This document shows, in pieces, positions 51,961 through 64,000 of a stretch of DNA of 64,000 nucleotides. The first letter of the stretch is position 1. Each line of letters opens with the position of its first letter. Source of the stretch: Eledone cirrhosa (taxonomy: Eukaryota); the NCBI GenBank assembly GCA_964016885.1, contig OZ024763.1, positions 14,012,001 to 14,076,000 of the forward strand. Reading direction: 5' to 3'. Position numbers and translations under genes: made by a program. The notes below the pieces were generated by a model. The model searched no databases and had not been told where the DNA came from. It saw only the letters and a list, made by a program, of their open reading frames with translations.

Positions 51961-52398
51961 CCCTAAACAAATGAAGGGGGAAATATTTTCCACTCTTAAT
52001 TAAGCTTTTTATAGACCATCACAGGAAAGGTAGTACTGTAAAAAGTAAGAAGAAAATAAACATAAATTATTTCCCTGGGGAAAATAACATTTAGTTAGCT
52101 TTCGGAACTTTAATATCATACATAAAAACAAGTCTATCTTAGGAACCAATCAAATCCTCTTCCATTCTTCTATTTCCCCCTCTTCCACCAATATCTAAGG
52201 CACTTTAAACATTTGTTTGCTTTAACTAAATGTCATCAACACAACAAACAACCCACCTTTAAAATCATTCACACAGACATAGATACATGACTAAGTGTAA
52301 TATAGCTGTATTTCATTGAAATGAAATTCCGCTGAAGATACTTACCAAACAGATTGATGTTCACTGCATGGAAAAGTCTAAACATGTTATTTGTTTAA

Positions 52399-52597
52399 CT
52401 CTTTAGCATTTAAACTGGTTGTATCCGGCCAGAATTCTCTCACCCTTTTCTGTACAAACCGGCCGTAATTTGCCACTCATACTCGTGTTAAGGTATTGTT
52501 CTCAAAATGAATAATATCAAAATCTTATAGATTCAATACTATGTGAGATAAAGCCTTTACAGTGAAAAGAAAAAAAAGTAATGTAGATGCTAAAGGG
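52399..52597. mobile_element. piggyBac-type MITE, unexpanded
   Basis: TTAA ctctttagca...tgctaaaggg TTAA. Confidence 0.8.
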
Positions 52598-53087
52598 TTA
52601 AGTCTAAACTTAGAGACTTGGCGGTGAATTGGCAGAGTCATTAGAATGTCGGATAGAATTCTTGGTGGTATATGTTTCTGCTCTCTGAGTTCAAATCCTG
52701 CCGAGGTCAACTTTGTCTTTCTTCCATTTGAGGTCGATAAATTTTACTTGTTTCTTCTTTTATACTCAAACACGGAATATTTTCACTCTTGCTAAAATAT
52801 ACATAGGCCCTATGGAACCGACCTGAACAGATAGCTATGACACCTTACTAGACTAAGGGCGGGGTTTCTTTGGGGGTGTTTCAATATAAAAGAAGAAACA
52901 AGTAAATTAGTGTATGAGGTGCCCTTCCTGTGCCTCAGAGTAATTGATAACTAGATTTCTTTATCAGGAACTGAATTAGTTCATCATCATCGTTTAACGT
53001 CCATTTTCCACGCTAGCATGGGTCTGGAATAAAATATAAATGCTTGGCTTTTTAGCCAAGTGTTAGATAAGTCAAACTTAACTTAAA

Positions 53088-53277
53088 CCCTTTAGCATTT
53101 AAACCGGTCATATCCGGTCACAATTCTCTCACCTTTTTCTATTCAAACTGGCTGTAACTGGCCACTCATACATATGTTGAGGTATTGTTCTCAAAATAAA
53201 TAATATCAAAATCTCATAGATTCGATATTACCATGAAAATACAATAGTAAATATAGAGTAATGTGAATGCTAAAGGG
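53088..53277. mobile_element. piggyBac-type MITE, unexpanded
   Basis: ccctttagcatt...aatgctaaaggg TTAA. Confidence 0.8.
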
Positions 53278-53821
53278 TTAAACACTCCACGCTACCTTCT
53301 TTGATTCTTACACGCTGAAATTATATTCTTTCTCTCGTTTTTTTTTTAAATTAAAGTTTACTGTTTCTATAGATTAAAGATAGTTGTATAGGATAAAAAA
53401 AATCTCTTTTAATGCTGTGTGTGCATGCCAGACTGGCTTGGCATCCTCAGGTCAGTCTGCTTTCTTACCCCTTCCCCCCTTGTATTTCAGCTTGTTTAGC
53501 CCTCTGCTGCTATGAAGGTATTTAACTATGTTTAATACATGACCACTTTCCATGACAGACAAGAAAAACAACAAATTTTTTGCTTAGATTTTTTTTTTTT
53601 TTGCTTTGACTGCATGCCTATATATGGACTGTACCCTTTGATAAGTTCAGCTAGATTCCCGCCGTTCTAATACTGGTGGCTTAGTTCAGATCTAGCTGTC
53701 GAAACGGCCAGAGCTCAGCCATTGGGGTCCTGACTCTTTTCCTATCCTAAGTATTGAGTACTCTGGTGCACTATGGTCCACCTGGTATCTTGCACCACCC
53801 TTTTTGTTTTATTTATATATT

Positions 53822-54164
53822 ATCATCATCATCATCATCATTTTACGTCCGCTTTTCCCTGCTTGCAAGGGTGGGACGGGAACTGATTCTGGCTTGATTT
53901 CTACAGCCGGATGCCCTTCCTAACACCAACCTCATTTACAGTGAGTGCTGGGTGCTTTTTTGCCGTGGCACCTCCACGACCACTTTGCAGTGGAATGATA
54001 GGGACCCCAGACCCTATCATCTCATTTCTACAGCTGAGTAAACTGGAGCAATGTGAAATAAAGTGTCTTGCTCAAGGAAACAACACATCACTCGGTCTGA
54101 GAATTGAACTCACAACCTTTTGATTGCAAGGCCAATGCTCTAACCACTAAGCCATGTGCCTCCA
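53822..54164 (-). mobile_element. SINE family A
   Basis: Full-length copy. Confidence 0.88.
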
Positions 54165-54284
54165 TATATATATGCATATCAAAATGTTGTAAGATTAAGG
54201 ATTTCTATAAAATTCATGTTATAAAATTATAAAGATTTGAAAAAAAGCACCCAATATGTTTTATTATATATACACTGAGGATGA

Positions 54285-54900
54285 AAAACTCAGAGCTGTA
54301 TGGGAGCCTCCCAAAAGTCAGCTCAAAAGTGACACAGAGGAGACTGAGGTTAGCTGGACATGCTCTCCGACATCCAGAGTAGACATTGCACTCAGTGCTC
54401 CTGTGGGAGCCCCTACATGGACACACTGGAAGAGGAAGACCAAGGTTAACGTATGTTGATGCCCTAAGGACAGACACTAGTCTGTTGGAGATGCAGGACA
54501 TGGCAGCGATAATGAGGGACAGAGACCGCTGGAGAGAACTCATCCATGGATCTCGGGAATTTTACCCGCCCTAGATAGATAGATACGTGAACAGCAAAGC
54601 ATAAATGAACTAAGTGAGAAATTAGGTATAAGAGGGATCAGACGCTGTTTACTTGAGAGAAGACTACGTTGGTCACGTGATGCGCATGAAAGTTGACAGC
54701 TGTATAAAAAAGTGCAGGGCGATCAAAATAGATGGAAGTTACGGAGTAGGCAGACCCCAAAAAACCTGGGACGATTTGATAAATTCCGACCATACACACT
54801 TACACCTCTCTAAAACAATGTCACTGAACCGAGAGATTTTTGGCGCTACGCAGTAATACAGAAAACCCGCCTTGCCTAAGTACAAAGCGAAACCTACAGT
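54285..54900 (+). mobile_element. Two adjacent RTE/RTE-X LINE 3' fragments
   Basis: LLWEPLHGHTGRGRPRLTYVDAL...DRDRWR* with (GATA)n; GHVMRM...GRPQKTWDD. Confidence 0.75.
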
Positions 54901-55464
54901 CAGTAGGCACCTCTTAATCAAATATACACCCATCCCACTACCCCAACTCCCCCACCAACACCACCCCTTTCTCTGTAAAGTTATGTGGGTACCAGAACAT
55001 CCAGTCCTAAATAAATGAGGTCATGTAGGTGTCAAGACAAAAAAAACACACAGTCCACGCTGTAATGTGGCCATGTAGGTAACTCGATAAAAACCTCCCA
55101 GTCCACACTGTAAACGTGGTTGGTGTTAGGAAGGGCATCCAGCCGTAGAAAACCCGCCAGACAATCCTATACGAGCAAGACGACCAATCTTGCCTTAAGT
55201 GGGACAATTCACGTCTAAACCCATGCTAGCGTGGAAGATAGACGTTAAACGATGATGATGATGACATGTTATGTGTAAATACACAACATAAAAAAAAAAC
55301 ATTTTCACATTAAAAAGAATAGTTTAGTACATTTTTACTTGACTGGTTTCTCTTTAAGTCAATTTTCAAAGGCCCTTTCATGTTTAATCTACTACGTATC
55401 CACAAAAAAACCTTTTGAAAAGATGTTTTTATGCAAAACTAGTCAAGTACAAAAGTACAATGAT

Positions 55465-55897
55465 CATAATAATGAAAATTAATGAATTCAGTATAGTGCT
55501 CAGGTACTCTACAACTCATCAAAAGTGCATGTATAGTACATAGGGTAATGTACAAACGTCAGGAAAATGACATATGTGCATGTGTATGGAGGGGAATATC
55601 AGGTCTAGCGTTGGCCAATTTCAAGAAGCATGGAGGTTTTAAAGGATGCAGTGTCTTGACAGCTAACAACCGATGCAGGTAGTTTGTTCCATGGAGGTTT
55701 TAAAGGATGCAGTATCTCAACAGCTAACAACTGATGCAGGTAGTTTGTTCCATGCTTCAGCAACTCTGAGCATGAAAAAATGTTTCCGAAAGTCATGGGA
55801 GCTGTTCTGTTTTCTGATTTTGTAAGCATGTCCATGGGTGTTAGACACATGGAATTCAAAAAGTTGCTCAGGGTTGTTATTGGAAAGATGGTGATAC
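55465..55897 (-). mobile_element. CR1-clade LINE 3' fragment, same family as 4548-5830
   Basis: NNNPEQLFEFHVSNTHGHAYKIRKQ...WNKLPASVVSC; 61-bp segment present twice. Confidence 0.85.
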
Positions 55898-56202
55898 CTA
55901 TTCTTTTTGATGTGAAAAAAGAAATGTTTTATGTTGTGTACATTACATGTAATATTTGTATAAAATAAAAACACATTAGATACTTTTTTAAAAATCTTTA
56001 TCATATTTCATATATATAGGAAAATGTTTGACTCCAACAGCAGAGCTCAAGCCGTTTTGACGGCTATTTCTGGACTAGCTGTCGAAACGGCTTGAGCTCT
56101 GCCATCGGGGTCAAACATTTTCCTATTACCCACTCTACTACCCTAAGTATTGAGTACTCTGGTGCGTTATGGTCCATCTGGTTCCTTACCACAATTCCTT
56201 CG

Positions 56203-56251
<49 letters not shown>

Positions 56252-56466
56252 GAGGTTATATTTAATTTGTTGGGATTCAACAAGCTTAAAAACATCCAGG
56301 GAACTTCAACCGTTAAGGTTGTCTTTTTTCCGGGTATGTCAATATTTATTTATAAAACAAATCTGTATTTTATCTGATGAAAGCGCACCATAATTTGCCT
56401 TGTTTGTCCTTGAAATATATATAATAAAATAATTATGGTTTTATAAATATAGTTTCCATTTGTTAA

Positions 56467-56515
<49 letters not shown>

Positions 56516-56795
56516 ATGTTTATATATATATATATATATATAATTGTTTCTACTTTTGGCACAAGAATGTTTATATATATATATGTTTATATATATATAT
56601 ATTTATATATATATATGTTTATATATATATATATGTTTATATATATATATGTTTATATGTTTATATATATATATGTTTATATATATATATGTTTATATAT
56701 ATATATGTGTATATATATATGTGTATATATATATATATATATGTGTATATATATATATATATGTATATATATGTGTATATATATATGTGTATATA

Positions 56796-56838
<43 letters not shown>

Positions 56839-57120
56839 GTGTATATGTATATATGTATGTATATATGTATATATATATGTATATATGTATATGTATATAT
56901 ATATGTGTATACATATATGTGTATACATATATGTGTATATATATATGTGTATATATATATATGTATATATATATATGTGTGTATATATATGTGTGTATAT
57001 ATATGTGTGTATATATATATGTGTATATATATATGTGTATATATATGTGTGTATATATACACATATATATATATATGTGTGTATATATATATGTGTATAT
57101 ATATGTGTGTATATATACAC

Positions 57121-57159
<39 letters not shown>

Positions 57160-57160
<1 letters not shown>

Positions 57161-57495
57161 GGAAGCATATGGCTTAGAGCATTGGAGCATTGGGCTTGCA
57201 ATCGAAAGGTTTTGAGTTCAATTCTCAGACCGGGTGATGTGTTGTTTCCTTGAGCAAGACACTGTATTTCACATTGTTCTAGTTTACTCAGCTGTAGAAA
57301 TGAGATGATAGGGACTGGGGTCCCTATCATTCCACTGAAAAGGGGTTGTGTAGGTGCCACGGCAAAAAAGCACCCAGCACCCACTGTAAATGAGGTTGGT
57401 GTCAGGAAGGGCATCCAGCTGTAAAAATCAAGCCAGCATCAGTTCCTGTCCCACCCTTGCAAGCAGGGAAAAGTGGACGTAAAATGATGATGATG

Positions 57496-57496
<1 letters not shown>
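57160..57496 (+). mobile_element. SINE family A
   Basis: Full-length copy. Confidence 0.88.
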
Positions 57497-57526
<30 letters not shown>

Positions 57527-57761
57527 AAATGTAGATCCTGGGTTAAATTGGGAGTAACCAGAGTAAGTAAGGTACTCAATACATTAGTAGAGTGAAGACA
57601 TCAAAGTTTAATATAGAAATGGCTTTATATGGATGAAACGGTTCTAGCTCTATGGAAGCCATTTTTATATTAAATGTTGATAATATGTGTGTACCTGTGT
57701 GTGTGCACATATGTGTGTGTGTGTCTGTGTACATTCAATTTTGTTTTCTATTTTCATTCAG

Positions 57762-57848
57762 ACGAAGTTATCTGTCCTTGATCTTGCCTGTAACAGAATA
57801 CAGAGAATTGAAAATTTGAGTCAATTAACAGAGCTTGTTGATTTTTGG
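57762..57848 (+). CDS. PPP1R7: PPP1R7 LRR exon (TKLSVLDLACNRIQRIENLSQLTELVDFW), after a 28,293-nt intron
   Basis: ttcag/gtgagt, 87 nt; resembles human NKLTMLDIASNRIKKIENISHLTELQEFW. Confidence 0.95.
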
Positions 57849-57899
57849 GTGAGTATGTGTGTATATATGTAAAGTAAAAAGAACTCTATCAGTCACAAA

Positions 57900-58625
57900 C
57901 TTTTCTTTTCTTATCATGTCCACAAGAGTGTCAGTCACAAAGCTCGGCTAGATGTGGTTCCGCCACAGCTCAACACATTGCTGTCCTTTCTCATTAAACT
58001 CTACCAAGTCCAATGCTGTGCAGGGGTGTCCCAGCAGGGGGAAGATCAGGAGGTGCTGCGTAGTCTGTGGTTCGATGCTGCAGTCACACACAAGGTTCCC
58101 ATCCTTTAGAGTAAAGACACTATATATACACATTATATATAATATACCACGCATTATATATATATATACACACACACACACAACATTATATATGCACTAT
58201 ATATATACAAGAATAAGCAAGAGTCTTCTTGTCTTGACCACAAGAATGTCAGCTACAAAGCTTGGCTAGATGTGGTTCCACCACAGCTCAACACATTGCC
58301 GTCCTTTCTCATTAAACTCTGCCTAGTCCAATGCTGTGCAGGGGTGTCCCAGCAGGGGCCATATCAGGAGGTGCTGTGTAGTCTGTGGTTCGATGCCGCA
58401 GTTACACACAACACCCCTGTCCTTTAAATATCTCCATTTTGCAAGAGTGACTTTTGCACATCCAACACCAGGTCTTAGTCTGTTTAGGCATTTCCACACT
58501 GCATAGTTTGTATCTGCTCCAGGGGGCAGTGCCTCGCTCGCCTTTAGCTCACAAATGGCCATGGGTTTTGCACTTAGAAAGTTCCCCACTCAGTCACAAC
58601 CCTTGGCAGTCGGCCATGCATACCA
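57900..58625 (-). mobile_element. Two tandem Vingi-like (I group) LINE 3' ends
   Basis: PPGADTNYAVWKCLNRLRPGVG...KW...CNCGIEPQTTQHLL zinc-knuckle-like motif; short 3' UTR ggacatgataagaaaag. Confidence 0.7.
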
Positions 58626-58637
58626 GTCTCCCCCTCT

Positions 58638-59049
58638 CTATTTACTTTACTCTATATATACTATTATAGTTTCATGGTAAAGACTTTATTTCACATGATT
58701 ATCTCACATAATATCGAATCCATGAGATTTTGATATTATTTATTTTGAGAACAACACCTTGACATCAGTATGAGCGGCCGGTTACAGCCAGTTTGAACAG
58801 AATGAGGTGAGAGAATTCTAGCCGGATACAGTCAGTTTAATTGCTAAAGGGTTAAACCGGCCATATCCGGCCAGAATTCTCTCACATCTTTCTGTTCAAA
58901 TCGACCATAAATGTCCGCTCATACTGACTTTAGGGTATTGTTCTCAAAATAAATAACATCAAAATCTCATAAATTTGATATTATGTGAAGTAAAGCCTTT
59001 ACCACAAAAAATAAAATACTATATATAGAGAAATGTAAATGCTAAAGGG
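58638..59049. mobile_element. Inverted dimer of the piggyBac-type MITE
   Basis: ~58640-58850 and ~58853-59049 are opposite-orientation copies. Confidence 0.8.
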
Positions 59050-59128
59050 TTAAAAAGAAAAATCTTGTGTAATTTTTCATTAATATTTTTTAAAATTCAA
59101 TTTAATTTTTTCTTCCCTCCCATTGCAG

Positions 59129-59326
59129 TTTAACAACAACAAGATTTCTAATTGGGACGACCTGAAGGAGTTAGCTGGCTTACCAAACCTACGAACTGTC
59201 TATCTGGAGCACAACACACTTTGGTATGAGCCTAACCAAAAGAATTACCAAGATCCAGCTTACCGACGAAAAGTCAAGTTAATGTTGCCACAAGTGACTC
59301 AAATTGATGCCACGTTCTGTCGCTAG
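59129..59326 (+). CDS. PPP1R7: PPP1R7 last coding exon, LRR cap (FNNNKISNWDDL...DPAYRRKVKLMLPQVTQIDATFCR*)
   Basis: tgcag acceptor, TAG stop; LRR cap YRRKV...LP...QIDAT. Confidence 0.96.
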   Translation, partial: FNNNKISNWDDLKELAGLPNLRTVYLEHNTLWYEPNQKNYQDPAYRRKVKLMLPQVTQIDATFCR

Positions 59327-59571
59327 GGAGAGCCACATGTTTTCCAGCTTTCCTTTATAACTCTTCCTGTTGAAACATTTTGACATTGGTGGGTGGGTGG
59401 TTGGGGTGGGGATGGGGGTATTTTCTATTTGATAGAGAAGAGAGGGTGGGGTGGGTGGGGGTCTTTTTCTTCTTTTTTTTTTTTTTGTCTATGTGAGTTT
59501 ACAGTTTCAACATTTCTTAAATATATGTATATATATATATATGTATATATATGTATATATATATATATATT

Positions 59572-59722
59572 TATTTGTTATAAGTACAGATTAAAGTTTA
59601 AGCAAAGAATCACTGCTTTCACTTTTTATGGAATCTTCTGAAACTCAGAGTTTCAGAAGATCCCGCTAAGGGTGAAAGCGGCAATTCTTTGCTTAAACTT
59701 TAATCTGTACTTATAACAAATA
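59572..59722. repeat. Palindrome with 75-bp arms in the probable PPP1R7 3' UTR
   Basis: Centre at 59647; outer ~39 bp pair perfectly. Confidence 0.92.
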
Positions 59723-59732
59723 TTTGCTCTAC

Positions 59733-59763
<31 letters not shown>

Positions 59764-59808
59764 ATCCTTATCGAGCCCTTTTCAGATTTTAGTCTTCACA
59801 TTTATTAT

Positions 59809-59864
<56 letters not shown>

Positions 59865-60076
59865 TCAATACATATAAAAATGAGAAAACTCATTGCTAGA
59901 ACACTTGTTAAGTCAGCCAAATGCTGTCAAAGACAGTGATGGGCAAAGATGCCTCAGAGGACAGACACCAGTGGCCAGTGGTCACCAGAGAGAGAGACAA
60001 TCCACAAAGTGGTTTTCTCATTTTTATATGTATTCAATCAAATACACTCCTGCTTCGTCTCTTTCAGAGACAACAT

Positions 60077-60146
<70 letters not shown>

Positions 60147-60171
60147 GTAGTGCCAATCAAATATGTAATAT

Positions 60172-61345
60172 AGAATTCTATATTATATATATATTCTATA
60201 TTATATATATATTCTATATCCTATATTATATATATATTCTATATTATATATTATATTCTATATTATATATATATTCTATATTATATATTATATTCTATAT
60301 TATATATATATTCTATATTATATATATATTCTATATTATATATATATCCTATATTATATATATATTCTATATTATATATATATTCTATATTATATATTAT
60401 ATTCTATATTATATATTATATTCTATATTATATATATATTCTATATTATATATATATTCTATATTATATATATATTATATATTATATTCTATATTATATA
60501 TTATATTCTATATTATATATATATTCTATATTATATTATATATTATATTATATATATATTCTATATTATATATATATTCTATATTCTATATTATATTATA
60601 TATTCTATATTATATATATATTCTATATTATATTATATATTATATATATATTCTATATTATATATATATTCTATATTATTTTATATATTCTATATTATAT
60701 ATATATTCTATATTATATTATATATTCTATATTATATATATATTCTATATTATATTATATATTATATATATATTCTATATTATATATATATTCTATATAT
60801 TATATTATATATTATATATATATTCTATATTATATATATATTCTATATTATATTATATATTCTATATTATATATATATTCTATATTATATTATATATTCT
60901 ATATTATATATATATTCTATATTATATATATATTCTATATATTATATTATATTCTATATATATTCTATATATTATATTATATTCTATATTATATATATAT
61001 TCTATATTATATATATATTCTATATTATATATATATTCTATATTATATTATATATTATATATATATTCTATATATTATATTATATATTCTATATTATATT
61101 ATATATTCTATATTATATATATATTCTATATTATATTATATATTCTATATTATATATATATTCTATATTATATATATATTCTATATATTATATTATATTC
61201 TATATATTATATTATATTCTATATTATATATATATTCTATATTATATATATATTCTATATTATATATATATTCTATATTATATTATATATTATATATATA
61301 TTCTATATTATATATATATTATATATATATATATATTCTATATAT

Positions 61346-61392
<47 letters not shown>
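60172..61392. repeat. AT-rich low-complexity array (attctatattatatatat)n
   Basis: Directly visible. Confidence 0.95.
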
Positions 61393-61393
<1 letters not shown>

Positions 61394-62527
61394 CTTATAG
61401 GTGTGTAGCATTTAGTTATTATTAGTTCAACAGTATCAACACTTAATGTCAATATGGTTCCAGCTGCCGATATGGTATTCCACGTTTGGTATTACACTGT
61501 AGTCGGTCCTTAAGAAGCAGAGTGTTACTACAATAGATAATAATAACAACAACAACAGTTTCTGATTTAGGCACAAGGCCAGCAATTTTTGGGAGTGGGG
61601 GGGAAAGCCGATTAAATCGACTCCAGTGTTTATGCTGGTACTTTATTTTATCCACCCGGTAAGAATGAAATGCAAAGCTAACCTCGGCAGGATTTGAACT
61701 CAGAATGTAAAGGGCCGTGACTCTATGCCACAAAAAATAATAAGGAGCAGGAACAAAGTATGAATATAATGTTATTTATTCACATAAATAAACAATGATG
61801 CTATATTGATCCTTCATTCCTGGTGGATTAACAGTATCGGTAGAGGGTCAGACGCCATGATTTGAAGCATAGAGTTACGGCCCTTTACGATCTGAGTTCA
61901 AATCCCGCCGAGGTTGACTTTGCCTTTCATCCTTATGGGGTCGATAAAATAAAGTACCAGTAATGCACTGGGATAATTGCTGGCCTTGTGCCAAAAAGAA
62001 GAAACAATTATCATACATATGTAAGGGCGGTGGGTTGGCAGAATCGGTAGATCATCGGACACCATGCTTTGCAGCATAGAGTTATGGCCTTTTACGTTCT
62101 GAGTTCAAATCCCGCTGAGATTAGCTTTGCTTTTCATCCTTATGGGGTCAATAAAATAAAGTACCAGTCATGCACTGGGGTCAATTTCTTTGACTTTCCC
62201 CTTCCCCCAAATTGTTGACCATGTGCCTTAATCAGAAACCATTATATATGTGTGTGTGTGTGTGTGTGAATATATATATATACATGTGTGTATATATGTA
62301 TATATATATGTGTGTGTGCGTGTTTTATATGTATACATATATATGTGTATATATATATATATGAATATATATATGTATGTATATATGTGTGTGTGTGTAT
62401 ATATATGTGTGTGTGTGTGTATATGTATGTATATATATATATGTGTGTGTGTGTGTGTATATATATATGTGTGTGTGTATATATATATATATGTGTATAT
62501 ATATATATATATGTGAATATATATATG

Positions 62528-62568
<41 letters not shown>

Positions 62569-64000
62569 GTGTGTGGGGGGGGGGGGGGTGTACATATATA
62601 TATATGTGTGTGTATATGTAGGTATATATATATGTGCATATATATATATATATATAATGTAGGCAGTACCCCAGCATGGCCACAGTCCAGTGACTGAAAC
62701 CAGTAGAAAAGTAGTAAATAATGATAACAACAAAGAAAACAAACAGGCCCATAATGAAAGCCCTAGGACTTAGGTATATATACAGGATACAGAAGAGCTC
62801 TATACTTCAAGGCATTGCATGTATAATGAAGAGCACTGTCAATACAATAGAAACAAAACTAAAGACTACACTGCACATAGACAAGACACACACAGCTGTG
62901 CTCACTAATGCTGTTATATAATACACAATAAAAGTAAGACTAATTGTAATTATAATGTTAACCTTCAGAATGCTGAATTTCTTTATGAATTATTTCCCTT
63001 GACACTGTATTATGTATTCAGGGGAGATTACTCTATCGGTGACATATCGCTGAGAGCGCACAGAAGGATAATAATTGTTTCTATTTTTTGGCACAAAGCC
63101 AGCAATTACCCCAGTGCATTACTGGTACTTTATTTTATCGAGGCAAAGTTAACCTCGGCGGGATTCGAACTCAGAATGGCAAGGGCCGTAACTCTATGCG
63201 TCAAAGCATGGCGTCCGACGCTCTACCGATACTGCCAATCCACCCTCGCAGGAGGATAATAATGAAGGCCGGTGATAATCACCTCTTCAGAACTGATTGT
63301 AAATGCTGCAATAGGTTGAGGTTGTGTTGCAAATAAACTATGGTGATGATGATGATTGTGGTTGTGATGATGATGATGATGATTGTGGTTGTGATGATGA
63401 TGATGATGATGATGGTGGTTGTGGTTGTGAGGATGATTCTCGTGCAAGCCGTTAGTCCCAGGTCTAAATGATAGCAGAGATGTTTTTCAATCCTGGCTCG
63501 ACTTTCATCCAGCTGTCATTATGATGTATTACGTCTCCTGTGACCATTCTATCTTATATTCAGACATAATGTAAACCAACCACAGCACATTATCCTGTTT
63601 ACCACACCCTACCAACTTCATTTTTTAAAACTCTTTAACATCTTGTAATAATTTAATAAGAAAATATCTAAAAACAGGTTTGTTAATTCAAATGTCTATA
63701 TTATATTTACTAGTGGACAGATTGTTCTGAAAATTTGTAGTTTTATATCTTAATATCCTGTAATAATTTAGCAGAGAATAGTTAATTCAAATGTTTATAG
63801 TATCTTTACTAATTGACAGATAGTTGTGAAAATTTGCAATATTAAAAGTAAAAAATTCAATATTTAATTTAATGCAGTCATAGTGTTGTTTTATACTTTT
63901 CAGGAATGTTTTGCTTATGTGGTTTCATGCAGCTTTAAGTAGCTTTAGCCCTTTAGCATTTACATTACATTTACATAGCATTTACATTACTCTATATTTA

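Noticed and set aside
63223-63447. His-rich ORF
   Set aside because: (GAT)n/(GTGGTT) microsatellite next to a SINE; no splice or homology support

Overview
AT-rich, microsatellite-dense animal genomic DNA. The SINE/LINE repertoire suggests a cephalopod such as Octopus (inference). Left of a 200-N assembly gap (10624-10823) are five minus-strand coiled-coil-tail exons of an unconventional myosin XVIII (MYO18A-like). Right of the gap are seven plus-strand exons of PPP1R7/Sds22 (LRRs plus LRR cap, stop at 59326), including a 28.3-kb intron. Both genes lack their 5' exons at the gap. The rest is transposon debris (tRNA-derived SINEs; RTE, CR1, Tx1 and Vingi LINE ends; piggyBac, Tc1/mariner and hAT MITEs; Helitron-like and Penelope-like relics) plus more than 15 tandem arrays, many seeded by pieces of these elements. 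No new protein-coding system is evident. The most unusual signals are: (i) tandem arrays whose unit is a copy of the adjacent 5' splice site, at three exons in two genes; (ii) palindromes carrying Penelope-type hammerhead ribozyme motifs; (iii) repeated element-to-satellite conversions; (iv) a 75-bp-arm hairpin just after the PPP1R7 stop. Family names come from recalled motif similarity, not from database searches.
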